DNA from: Tetramitus jugosus
Lineage: Eukaryota > Protista > Heterolobosea
Length of the DNA stretch: 64,000 bases
NCBI GenBank assembly: GCA_937625935.1
Contig: OW569379.1
Coordinates: forward strand, 124,001-188,000
Reading direction: 5' to 3'
Shown: positions 1 to 10,213 of the stretch, piece after piece
Numbering within the stretch: the first letter of the stretch is position 1
Layout of the letters: the number at the start of each line of letters is the position of its first letter
Position numbers and translations under genes: made by a program
Notes under the pieces: generated by a model
The model's input: the letters and a program-made list of their open reading frames with translations, nothing else
What the model was told of the DNA's origin: nothing
Database searches by the model: none

Positions 1-1436
1 CTAGCGTGTTGACCATGTTCTGCAACACCACTGTTCGAACTCAACTTCTCATAGAAATCATCTCTCTGATTCCGACTTGAAAAATCAATGTTACTTGCGC
101 TGTTCAACGAACCTCCCACAGTGTTCGTTGTTGCTGCCAACACATGTGAATGCTGTTCTGCATCTTCCACCATGACAGATGGATGAGTACCATCATTGTG
201 ATGATTACTAATTAAAACTTGAGAAGATGCAGAATGGATACTACTACTGCTATTGCTTGTTGTTTTGGTTGGATTGTCTTGCATAGATGCACTCTGATGA
301 TGGTGATAACCACCATTGGTACTATTGCCACTACCACTTGTCAATTGATGTTGTTGATTCCTAGGTGTCAACAATCCACCCATTCTTCTGGGAGTCAACG
401 CTTGAATCAATCGCACAGCTCTACTGTTTGATGAGTTTTGCTTGTTGGAAGGGGAAGTGGACAGGGATGGCATATTCTCTGGTTGATAGTGAACAGAGTC
501 CAGTGGTATCCGATCCAACTCGATGGCACTCTCCATGTGATGACTATTGCTCTTGCGTTTCCTGTTGTTAGAGGCACTAAAAATAGAACGACGGTTCTTG
601 CCAATGGTAATGCTTGGTGATGTGGTGTTGCTATTGTTGCTATTGTTGTTGTTGTTGTGATAGCTATCATTTTTGATGGGTTGATAGCTTTGATGGCTGA
701 GCTGTTCAACAACTGCTTTTGAGCTATCATGTTGAGTCAACGCAAAAATGTTGTGCAGCGATGTGCTTCTTCTCTGGGTTTTTGAGAGTGACGCATGATC
801 GTCATTGAAATCTTGTACTGCACTGATACCAGAGCTACTATTGTTGCTATTGTTGTTGTTGCTTAGAAAGCTACTCTTGGATGGCGAACTGCTAAACTGT
901 AGACTGCTTCGCTTGTTCCGCGTGTTCGTATGATTGTAATGTTTGAGCGGAGAATCAAGGTCGTCCAACGTCGTTTTTTTTAGTTTGGCGGGAGCGGACT
1001 TGACATCCACGTCGGATTGTGCATTGCTGCTCAGCGTGTCTGTGTCATTATTGTTGTGTGCGCTATAGTACGAAGAAGTATTGTTATTATGATGATTCGA
1101 GCTCGAGTTTGCATCATCGTCATTCATCATACTGTGATGATGATGATGATTAGTGCCGTGATGTGGTCCAACATCGGACGAATGACGCTTAATTTTACTC
1201 GGGTGATGCAATGAAGTTGGCGCTGGTTTGTTGTTGTTGGACTTTTCGGTCGATGACTTACTCGTACTACTGCTACTGCTACTGCCATTGGATTTACTTT
1301 GTTTTCGGATGCGAGAGAATGCAGAGCCCAATCGTTTTTTGAGGGATGGTGAGGAAGTTGTTGATGATGAAGATGGGCTGCTCAGCAAGTGATCATGATG
1401 CTGATGATGGTTCAATAGTACAGTTTGTTGTGACAT
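1..1436 (-). CDS. Low-complexity (Ser/His/Asn/Gln-rich) protein, N-terminal part; runs off the window start
   Basis: ATG at 1436 (MSQQTVLLNHHQHH...). The same frame is open in the segments I translated by hand (start, 181-240, 1-60). It is absent from the ORF track, consistent with the stop lying outside the window. No recognisable domain. Confidence 0.65.
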   Translation of the reverse strand, partial: MSQQTVLLNHHQHHDHLLSSPSSSSTTSSPSLKKRLGSAFSRIRKQSKSNGSSSSSSTSKSSTEKSNNNKPAPTSLHHPSKIKRHSSDVGPHHGTNHHHHHSMMNDDDANSSSNHHNNNTSSYYSAHNNNDTDTLSSNAQSDVDVKSAPAKLKKTTLDDLDSPLKHYNHTNTRNKRSSLQFSSSPSKSSFLSNNNNSNNSSSGISAVQDFNDDHASLSKTQRRSTSLHNIFALTQHDSSKAVVEQLSHQSYQPIKNDSYHNNNNNSNNSNTTSPSITIGKNRRSIFSASNNRKRKSNSHHMESAIELDRIPLDSVHYQPENMPSLSTSPSNKQNSSNSRAVRLIQALTPRRMGGLLTPRNQQHQLTSGSGNSTNGGYHHHQSASMQDNPTKTTSNSSSSIHSASSQVLISNHHNDGTHPSVMVEDAEQHSHVLAATTNTVGGSLNSASNIDFSSRNQRDDFYEKLSSNSGVAEHGQHA

Positions 1437-1814
1437 GTTTCAATAGAAGAGAGATGGATATGCTTTTTCTGATTTGTGCTCACCTAAACTTGGATGGACA
1501 AGTTGGCAACAATGGAAGGAGGAGTAACGGTGGTGCTAGAATCGATGGTTTTTCGGTTTGTTTGTTTCTGGATGTTTGATGCTTTGAAGGTTGAAATGGG
1601 TGTTTCTGGGTGCGTTTCGACAAAGGTTTCAAACGTCAACGGTAAAGAAAATCGCCGCTGTACGTCAAGGCCTTTGTGATGCGAGTTCCTCCGACGTTTG
1701 AAACTCAGCTCAAGTCAGAAAAAGCCATGCCGCGCCTAGAAAGGATGAGAAAAGCCAAAGTGGTGCCCTTACAATGGAGTTCGTCTATATCACATTCCGA
1801 AAATCGATTGTTTT

Positions 1815-3968
1815 TTACAGGGATGCCAGAGATGTCCTATTCCTAATATTTATCATTTGGATAAATCCATTCGACTGAAGCAGGCATGCCAAACTAACTC
1901 GCAAAAGCATATGAAGGGATGATTGCTTGCTCCGGAGAGCTGAGGATGTAACTGTTGAAGGTATAGTTCTGTGTTTCACCATCCATGCATAACGATCCAA
2001 CTGTTGCGAGCTACTTAGCAGTTGTTCCAATATTCGATTGACTTTGAATTGAGATCCTCTGTAGCGAGAAATGAGGTGACACAAGGAAACAGTTTGCATG
2101 ATATATTTCCGTGTGGCATATGTTAGAACGGAGCGTAAGCTCTTATCATTTCTTTCCAGGAGCAAGTTTTTGCGTTTGTCAATCTCACTGGCGAGCATGT
2201 GAGCAGCATCGACTAATGTGTATTTGATGATACCATTAATTACAAGTTCATCAAACGTACGGTCAGAGATCGTGGCCATCAGAGGATAGTGCACATCTGA
2301 TCGCTCGATAAAGCGTGATATGACAGTAGCGAGAATGCTGTTACTACTGTTTGACATTGAGATATTGTTCAGTGTGTCCAATGAACCATTCGTCTTCAAC
2401 AAGATTTGATAGAAAGAATCCATAAGTCTAACTTGTGTGCGAATCAAAGACTCTTGACTCTCATATTCTTCGTCTGTGTCGTACAAGACGATTTGCAAGT
2501 TGGAAATATTGGATTTTATCGATATGGCGATCGTGGACATGTACGATAGTATATCTTTCCTAACAAATGATTCATATAGTGCGGGAGAGCTAGATTGAAT
2601 TTGAGGCAGTACCAGTGCAGACATATTCGCTAGATGTCTCATCATTTGGTACAATCTCTTCATCGTTCGTACGTCCGATTGTGTAGCAGTATGTTCGGTC
2701 AATATTCGTATCGACGCAAACATATCACTTATCAACTCTAATAGTTGCTCAGACTCCTCCTGCTTCATCAAAGAATCCAAACTAAATATCGATTTCCTAC
2801 TTTTCTTGTTCTTCTTTTTCTTCTTGTTCTTCTTTCCTTTCGTGTCTGTTGTAGCTTTGCTCGCTTGTTCTCGCATAATTCTCAACTTCTTCGCAAAAGA
2901 TTTCACATCTCCATCATTAAATAGTTCATGCGTCATTACTAATGTTCCATAAACATTCGATATAATTCTGCTAATATTACCCGCTTCGCTCACATTCGTC
3001 ACTTTCTTAATCAAACTTGTAATACACCTCGAGCAAGAACGTACGCTGTTGATGCACAACATGACTCCAATGGATGCATCTTCGGCCCTCGAAGGTATCT
3101 GCTCCTCAATTTGTGGCATTTCACTTCGGGTTAAGAATTCCACTGGCTCCAACAGTGCCACCCACTCATAATCCTTTGACCAATCTTGCTTGTACTTGAT
3201 CATTGTCTTTTTGGCTATTTTCCTCTTTTCTGTATCGAAACTGTCATTTAACACTGGTAAATAAAAGGCACGGATGGCCCATAACCTCACACTCGTATTC
3301 AACAAGGGGAAAACCTTCTCCAGTGCTTCTAGAATAAACTTTTGTAACTTGGTTACCAACGATGCAAAATAACAATTAAAAAACACTTGGAGCGAGTACA
3401 AGTTTGAAGTCGCTTGAATCGAACTACCTCCACTCTCCCACTCTCCATTCCTTCTCTTCTTGTAACTATCGTCATCGTCTCCATTCCCATGTTCACTATC
3501 CATACTCTGCATCTGACATATCGGAATCACAATTCTGTTCAAAAACTCAAACAACTCACTGCCTGACTGTGCAAACGACAAGGACGACGATTTGGAGGCC
3601 ACAGCAGAAGCAAAATGCTCTTGCAACAACTGAATAAACTCCATTGTAAATGAACTGCACGGTTCCACATCCTCCTTCATTTCCATAAACGGTAAAACTA
3701 ACTGTTCAATCATAATTTGTTGAGTCACTGGATCCACTCTCTCTCGCATCAACAAAAAATCATCTTCGCTCTCTTCATCTGCACCCTTACGGTTATTTTC
3801 ATCCAAAGTCATCTCTCGATCATGAGTCATTTGCATGACGAGTTGCATTTGAATTTGAGCAACAAGAGATTGAAACGGAATGGCCAAGCACTTCTCACAT
3901 AGCTTATCACATTGAACAAACAATTGTTTGATCTCTTTGGGTAATACTAATTTGGAGTCGGATGACAT
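1815..3968 (-). CDS. Hypothetical protein (~717 aa, probably helical, internal Lys-rich NLS-like patch)
   Basis: Long ORF; first ATG at 3968 (MSSDSK); no family motif recognised. Confidence 0.75.
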   Translation of the reverse strand: MSSDSKLVLPKEIKQLFVQCDKLCEKCLAIPFQSLVAQIQMQLVMQMTHDREMTLDENNRKGADEESEDDFLLMRERVDPVTQQIMIEQLVLPFMEMKEDVEPCSSFTMEFIQLLQEHFASAVASKSSSLSFAQSGSELFEFLNRIVIPICQMQSMDSEHGNGDDDDSYKKRRNGEWESGGSSIQATSNLYSLQVFFNCYFASLVTKLQKFILEALEKVFPLLNTSVRLWAIRAFYLPVLNDSFDTEKRKIAKKTMIKYKQDWSKDYEWVALLEPVEFLTRSEMPQIEEQIPSRAEDASIGVMLCINSVRSCSRCITSLIKKVTNVSEAGNISRIISNVYGTLVMTHELFNDGDVKSFAKKLRIMREQASKATTDTKGKKNKKKKKNKKSRKSIFSLDSLMKQEESEQLLELISDMFASIRILTEHTATQSDVRTMKRLYQMMRHLANMSALVLPQIQSSSPALYESFVRKDILSYMSTIAISIKSNISNLQIVLYDTDEEYESQESLIRTQVRLMDSFYQILLKTNGSLDTLNNISMSNSSNSILATVISRFIERSDVHYPLMATISDRTFDELVINGIIKYTLVDAAHMLASEIDKRKNLLLERNDKSLRSVLTYATRKYIMQTVSLCHLISRYRGSQFKVNRILEQLLSSSQQLDRYAWMVKHRTIPSTVTSSALRSKQSSLHMLLRVSLACLLQSNGFIQMINIRNRTSLASL

Positions 3969-4066
3969 GTTGAGCACATCAAAATGAAGAATGATCGATT
4001 TGTGTGTTTGAAAAGTTGTGAATTCAAGTTTTGAAAGGAAGGATTTATTTCTTTGCCGAGAGCCGA

Positions 4067-7000
4067 TCAGAAGAAAACAGATTCATCCACGACTTTGAGT
4101 CTTGTGTCCTTTTTGAACTGGTCGTGAATCAACCAGTCTCTCGGGTATAAGACAGTGTGTCCAATGATCTGATTCATGCGCTTTTTGTCCTCTTCTGTTG
4201 CTTTGAAAGTTCCCTCTTTTACACCCTTCACGTAATTCTCCATGTCGTGTTTGTACTCTGCCAGTGTCACATGTCTCTTGGATGGATAGTGAGGAAATAT
4301 TTGTTCATAGAGAGCTGAATTTTGTTTTGCTCTCTCCACCGCTGCGTGAAACACTGCATTCGATGTTGGATCCTTGGATTGAGCGTAGAACATGTCCGTT
4401 TTCGATATGTTTTTGTGGGCAGGTGCTGCAATACGAAGAGCTGCCAACCGATTCAATGTTGGATCCCCCATAAAGTGCTCTCTCCATAGCTTCTTACGCA
4501 TTCTCTTTATACTTTTGCCTGTTTTGACTCGATGACCGTTGAAAATGGACATTGTGGTGTCGAGATCCTCGACTATAACCGCAATTTCACTGTCTCGACT
4601 TCCAATGAGAGATCTGTCATTGATATTGGCAGAACCAATGACTAAAGTACGGTCATCAGTAATCAATACTTTTGCATGAACATAAATTTGACTAAAGTGA
4701 GGAACGCCATGGATGAATCCTTTCTGTGCGAGAGAAAAGAAGACAATATAATCTCCAATATTGGCATGAGGGAATTGTTGCTGCAAAGTGGCAAATATTC
4801 CTTCGATCGTTGCTCGTTGCCATTTCATCACTTGGTGCGTCGATGGATCATAAATATCTCCACTGTGATGCATGGGAAGAACAACAATAACTCTGAAAAC
4901 TTCATTGTTGGTAATGGCTTTTGAGATACGGGCTATGATAGCCTCAGCCACACCATTTTCGACCTTATCACTATACATGGTTTTGCTAATAAAGTACTGA
5001 TTTTCAATATAAACGTAGTATTGTGCGTTACGAATGACCTCAACAATGGCTCTATGTATACTCTGTTCTGTTCTCAATGAACCTGACCAGAGAGACAAGG
5101 AACGGAGCGCTTGAACTCTCACGTGGGTCATTGGAACATCTTCGAGATAAAACTGCAGATTGGGCAAGGGTTCGCTCAGTGTTAGAGACTTGCGGTAGTA
5201 ATTGACTTCCTCAATGGCTTGGTCTCCACGATCGACTCGATTGTGATGATTCCAGCGAGAAATAAAATTAGAGGCAACATCGGATGCAATCGTACCTGCC
5301 AATACACAGTGAACATCATGCCATGGCAAACGGGGAAACATGTCTCGATCTAGCTGGTCACGAAATGCATCAGTCTTCAGTTTCATTGGCTTACCGGAGC
5401 CCAATCTAGCCAAAGTATCGTTTGTATAATCCATTCCAGGCCACTTGGTATGCAAGTGATTGTAGTCCGATAATGAATGATTGTGATTGTCCCACCTGCC
5501 CAATGCAATATCTAACCCTCCAACAAAAGCAATGGTTTGATCCACGACAATGATTTTTTGATGGTGAGACCACGAGAAGGGAAGATTTCTCGGATGGACA
5601 ATACATCTAATGTTTGGATGCAAATCAACTAGATGCTGCCGAATCATGTTTGTACTGAGATTCATTCCAGCCATGGCAAACTCGTGCCACATGATGATGT
5701 ATATCTCAACATTTTGTTTTGCAATTGCTAATAATATGTTGTCCAATCGGTAATCTGCCATATCTTCGTCGGAATGACTGTCTCGTCTCAGATATATAAA
5801 TGGATTGACTGACCACCCAGCAATAAACACTTGTTTCTTGGCTTTGAGTAACATCTTGGACATCATGGCATATGTTTCCTCTCCGTCAATCAGTGGATGG
5901 AACCATGTTTGATCAGCGGACCTCATTGGAGAGAACGCATCAAATCGATTATCAATCTGTGAAACAAAGTACAAGAGAAGGCACATTAAACAAAGACGAC
6001 AAACGTCGATATTCTCTGCCATATACCGTGTACACTTGGATCCGAGTTGTATAGTGAACGTGTTGCCCTCTGTAAAAATATTCTTGATTTTGTTGATGGG
6101 AATTTCTCGTTGGATGTGTCTTGTGTTTGGATCACAGTGGAAGATACTACCATCCCTGATCTCGACCCATGCCACCTTAGAATCACATTGCATGATTGCA
6201 CCTTGGTGGAATCGATCTGGTCTGTGCAGAAACTCGGAGACATCTTGAGCCACATTCTGATAAAAAATGTAGTCATAGAGACCCAATCCCTCAGCCAAGT
6301 GCCGGTTCATTTTGGAAACGGCCACATAGTTCTCAAAGTTCATTTCAGGTACGTGGAAGAAGAATCGTTCCAATAGCGCCTCGATATCCATATCAGACAA
6401 TGTGATACATGGGTTATTGTCGACAGCACCAGGGTCAAACACTGGTGCATTCTGGTCTTGGTATGTTGGTGCTGCCATCATTTGTTGTTGAGCAGCTCCT
6501 GATCCATTGATTTCAATGTCTGGATTGTCTCTTCTCACATTGACCAAGCTTCGCATCTTTACCAGGCTCACCTCCTCACTGACCACATCACCTCGTGTTC
6601 TCAGTGTCTGCAACGGTGTGCTCAATCTGAGGACACCAATGCTGTTCAAGATGCGAATGTACTGTCGCATTTCATCCTTGGTCAACACGCCGTCTCCATT
6701 CAGGTCATACAGCCGAAAAGACAGAGCCAACTTTTCTTCAAAGGTACCATGCACCGCACAGCTCGTTGCTAAAGCTAATTCAGTGAAACTAACGTAGCCA
6801 TCACCATCTGTGTTGACAGCATTGAACACGGCATCCAAAATGAATTCATGTGCCGGTGTGAATTGAAATTGAGGATTGTTCATGAGCAATTTTCGGAAGA
6901 AAATGTGTCTACAATCCTCTCTGGTGGCCACCAAGCGATTTGGATCGGAACAGTGACCCGCAAACAGAATCTTCATAATTTTCAGCTCCACTGGTGAAAA

Positions 7001-7180
7001 ATGAGTCTGGGAAGTCAATAACTGCAGATCAAACTCACCTTGTTTTTTGCTGTCCTCTGGATAGGCAACAACAAGGCGTTGTTTGGAACTTTTTCGACGA
7101 TGGAGGTGATGGTGGACTGATACTTTGTTTCGAACCGTTCGTTTCGTTCTCTTTAGCTCATAGGTAATTTTGTTGCCCAT
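4067..7180 (-). CDS. Phospholipase D (PLD1/2 type) with N-terminal EF-hand (NCS/recoverin-like) module and PH-like domain
   Basis: Two HKD motifs (HHQKIIVVD; HAKVLITDD...GSANIN), PWHD and YIENQYF motifs. EF-hands NTDGDGYVSFTE and DLNGDGVLTKDE. MGNK start. Confidence 0.92.
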   Translation of the reverse strand: MGNKITYELKRTKRTVRNKVSVHHHLHRRKSSKQRLVVAYPEDSKKQGEFDLQLLTSQTHFSPVELKIMKILFAGHCSDPNRLVATREDCRHIFFRKLLMNNPQFQFTPAHEFILDAVFNAVNTDGDGYVSFTELALATSCAVHGTFEEKLALSFRLYDLNGDGVLTKDEMRQYIRILNSIGVLRLSTPLQTLRTRGDVVSEEVSLVKMRSLVNVRRDNPDIEINGSGAAQQQMMAAPTYQDQNAPVFDPGAVDNNPCITLSDMDIEALLERFFFHVPEMNFENYVAVSKMNRHLAEGLGLYDYIFYQNVAQDVSEFLHRPDRFHQGAIMQCDSKVAWVEIRDGSIFHCDPNTRHIQREIPINKIKNIFTEGNTFTIQLGSKCTRYMAENIDVCRLCLMCLLLYFVSQIDNRFDAFSPMRSADQTWFHPLIDGEETYAMMSKMLLKAKKQVFIAGWSVNPFIYLRRDSHSDEDMADYRLDNILLAIAKQNVEIYIIMWHEFAMAGMNLSTNMIRQHLVDLHPNIRCIVHPRNLPFSWSHHQKIIVVDQTIAFVGGLDIALGRWDNHNHSLSDYNHLHTKWPGMDYTNDTLARLGSGKPMKLKTDAFRDQLDRDMFPRLPWHDVHCVLAGTIASDVASNFISRWNHHNRVDRGDQAIEEVNYYRKSLTLSEPLPNLQFYLEDVPMTHVRVQALRSLSLWSGSLRTEQSIHRAIVEVIRNAQYYVYIENQYFISKTMYSDKVENGVAEAIIARISKAITNNEVFRVIVVLPMHHSGDIYDPSTHQVMKWQRATIEGIFATLQQQFPHANIGDYIVFFSLAQKGFIHGVPHFSQIYVHAKVLITDDRTLVIGSANINDRSLIGSRDSEIAVIVEDLDTTMSIFNGHRVKTGKSIKRMRKKLWREHFMGDPTLNRLAALRIAAPAHKNISKTDMFYAQSKDPTSNAVFHAAVERAKQNSALYEQIFPHYPSKRHVTLAEYKHDMENYVKGVKEGTFKATEEDKKRMNQIIGHTVLYPRDWLIHDQFKKDTRLKVVDESVFF

Positions 7181-7447
7181 TTTCAAGTGTCACCTCTTCT
7201 TGTTCTTCTTTGTTGTCTTCTGGTTGCTTGCTGGAACAGAACAGAAGTGAAATCAACGACCCGATCATTGAATCAGCAGATCTCTCCTCTTTCGGTTGAT
7301 GTGTCGACTGTTCCTCGGAATATTTACTAAATTTATCCAAGGCCGGATCCGATAAAAAAATACGCGTATTTTGTTCCGATCCTGATGTCTTACAATGGTA
7401 CCATAAAAATGACCTTGCCAAAAGTCTGATACTGAGAGATAGATTTC

Positions 7448-8488
7448 TCATAGTATCGTACAACCACCTCTCTTTGTTGGTATAATGTATTCTGCAGCAG
7501 GACGTCGATTCCTTATTTGAATCACAGCACATTGAAATGTTTCAGTGACATTTCGTTTCTCCCGCACCGAAAGATCAATCCACGGTACACTCCACTTTTT
7601 TGCAAAGGACTCAATGTGTTCATATGGTGTTGTCACACTACACTCACTACTGTCATCCACACTCACACAACTGTCATCGACTGCACCATGGTAAGAAGAT
7701 GAATAGTGATAATCACTGGTGGTGTGTTCAGATGACTTGTTTGCAGCCAACACAATCGCAGGTCTCATCATATCTCTCTTCACAGAACTCATTAACCAGT
7801 GCATTGTTTGTTCAACTTGATGAAACGATTGTTCAAAATCTGTAATGTCAAACATGATGATAAAACCGTCGGCTTCTCTCAGTGCTCTATCTCTAATCTC
7901 TGCATATTGACTGTCATCTTCACCACTCGTATTGGGAGCATGATGATGATGGTGATGATGATGAATATTATTATTAGAATTGTCTTGTTGGATGACAAGA
8001 CCACATAAATCAATCAACTCCAAGTGACATATTCCCTCTTCCATTCTCATTCGCGTCCGGAACCGATTCATCATATTTCTCTTCTTTTTACTACCATTCA
8101 CTCCATTCTTCCTCTTGTTGTTATTCAACTGTTGTTGTTGTTGTTGTAATGATGATGATGAATAATTTCTCATTCTTGCACCACCACTACCACCACCATC
8201 CATCATCAAAATATTAGATGTCGTAGTAGTTGTTGGACTAGTGGCAGCACTCGTACTCGCCGCATAAAAATCACTTACAAATCGATTACAAACAAACTGA
8301 TAACAGAGACTTGTTTTGCCAGAGTAACATGGACCGAGTATGACAATACGATAATCTTCTACTTGGTCGAATATGGGTTCAGGACCGAGACATGTCGTTA
8401 CACATGGACTATGATGGTGGTGATGACGATGATGATGGTGATGGTGATGGGTGTTGTTGCTATGGTTGGACATGAATGGTGTTTCCAT
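7448..8488 (-). CDS. Divergent Ras-family small GTPase with low-complexity insertions and CaaX box
   Basis: G1 GPCYSGKT, G3-like DLCG, DGFIIMFDIT, G4-like ANKS, C-terminal GGCTIL. ATG at 8488. Confidence 0.8.
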   Translation of the reverse strand: METPFMSNHSNNTHHHHHHHRHHHHHSPCVTTCLGPEPIFDQVEDYRIVILGPCYSGKTSLCYQFVCNRFVSDFYAASTSAATSPTTTTTSNILMMDGGGSGGARMRNYSSSSLQQQQQQLNNNKRKNGVNGSKKKRNMMNRFRTRMRMEEGICHLELIDLCGLVIQQDNSNNNIHHHHHHHHAPNTSGEDDSQYAEIRDRALREADGFIIMFDITDFEQSFHQVEQTMHWLMSSVKRDMMRPAIVLAANKSSEHTTSDYHYSSSYHGAVDDSCVSVDDSSECSVTTPYEHIESFAKKWSVPWIDLSVREKRNVTETFQCAVIQIRNRRPAAEYIIPTKRGGCTIL

Positions 8489-8839
8489 TGTTATTTGAAT
8501 ATCTGATGTTTTTTTGTTTTTGGGATTACACGTGTTGTTGTGTTTCACACCAGACGGACGACAATATTCGCTGTTGGGACAAATTTATTGTTTGGTGATT
8601 ATATTTATTGGAGTGAGGAATGGACGGACAGTCCAACCGGGTTGCTGGAACTTTTTTCTGGAAGTGTTTTTTCGATCGGGGAAACATTGCAGCAAAAGAA
8701 ACGCGACATTCAACAAGCATGAAGAGCTTCAATCTCACTTGAAGAATTTTTTTCACGTGCGGAGAAAACTTTAACCACACAGAAACCATAACAACAGCAA
8801 CAGCAACAACACTTTACACAACAACAACAACTATAACAA

Positions 8840-10150
8840 ATGCCAAACAAAAGAAGCCGTAGAAAGTCATCCAACAGACAAAAGAGAGATAGAATCAATC
8901 AAGCTATTGCCGACACATCTCGTCTCGCTTCCGTCAAAAGAGGCATTGCTCTCGCCTCCAACAAAACACTGTTTATGGATGACAAGATTCTCGAAAAGCC
9001 AAAGAATGTAGAAGACTTGTCCAACTACAAGAAGGAAAAACGGAAGTTTATGACTGAGAATTTTAAGGATGGACTCGATCGATTGAACGAAAGAGTCATG
9101 AGACCAGATTTGACGGAGATTTGTGTAAAGCCTTCATTTATTCCGACAAAATCCTTGGAGGAGAAAAATGTGGATGCCATGGTGCGTGAGCTACAAAAGC
9201 TAAAGGAACAAGAAGCTTTAACGTCATCAAACAAGAAGAATAACAATAACACAAAACAACAACAACAACCATCACAAAAACAACAAGATGTCAATCCAAA
9301 GAAACGAAAGGCCTCCACAGCTCTCCTCTCCTTCTGGGACGACAATCAAGTCAAGAAGAAGAAGCAAGAAGATGAAGAGTTGCTCAAGACATCATTCATA
9401 TCTGATCTATTGGTTCAACAAGGCAAGGTTGAGACTCTGAAGAAGAGTGCAATTGCAAAGCGATGCAAGAAGCCATTGAACAGAGCAAAGGTGATTCTAC
9501 CATTGGCTGGTCAATCGTATAACCCTGATCCAAAGGCACTTGAATCTGCATTGGAATTGGCTCATTTGCAAGAAGCAAGATTGGCACTCAAGGCTGAACA
9601 AATTACAGAGTCATTGACTGTGAGAGATGAAGAGGCGTTGGCTGCCGTAGGTAATGATGAATTGGATGGTTTGTTGGCACGTGAGAGACCAGTGGAAGAA
9701 CAAGATCCATCCACGATTCAATACCCACAACAAACATCAAGAAACAGAAAGCAAAAGTTGAACAAGAAGAAGTCTGTGCACAAGGCACTTGAAAGATTGA
9801 ACCAGAACCGTAGAGAAATGAGAAAGCAAGCCATGGAAGAGACAAAGACGATCAAACAAGTCGCTGAGCGAATTGCTGCCAGACAAAAGAGAAGAGAACA
9901 GTTGAGAGGCATGAAGAAGTCCATTAGACAAGAAAAGATTCGATTGCAAAAGCAAATGGAAGAAATGCCTGTCAAGAGTGTCATGGATGTTCAATTGCCT
10001 GACCAAATTACTGGAAGTCTCAGAAAGCAACAAGGTAATTCCTGGGCATTGTGGTATGATCGTTTGGGTGCTCACCATCGATCAAAGGTTATCGAAATTA
10101 ATTCATTGAAGAAGGGTAACATTCGTGTCAATTCATTGGTTGTTGAATAA
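8840..10150 (+). CDS. NOP53: Ribosome biogenesis protein Nop53/GLTSCR2
   Basis: LFMDD (AIM-like) motif, GQSYNPD, VQLPDQITGSLR; basic nucleolar composition. Confidence 0.85.
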   Translation: MPNKRSRRKSSNRQKRDRINQAIADTSRLASVKRGIALASNKTLFMDDKILEKPKNVEDLSNYKKEKRKFMTENFKDGLDRLNERVMRPDLTEICVKPSFIPTKSLEEKNVDAMVRELQKLKEQEALTSSNKKNNNNTKQQQQPSQKQQDVNPKKRKASTALLSFWDDNQVKKKKQEDEELLKTSFISDLLVQQGKVETLKKSAIAKRCKKPLNRAKVILPLAGQSYNPDPKALESALELAHLQEARLALKAEQITESLTVRDEEALAAVGNDELDGLLARERPVEEQDPSTIQYPQQTSRNRKQKLNKKKSVHKALERLNQNRREMRKQAMEETKTIKQVAERIAARQKRREQLRGMKKSIRQEKIRLQKQMEEMPVKSVMDVQLPDQITGSLRKQQGNSWALWYDRLGAHHRSKVIEINSLKKGNIRVNSLVVE

Positions 10151-10213
10151 ACATTTGACTACTACTACTTTACAAAATGCAAGAGCCTGTTATTTGTTAT
10201 GAATGATTGTTTT

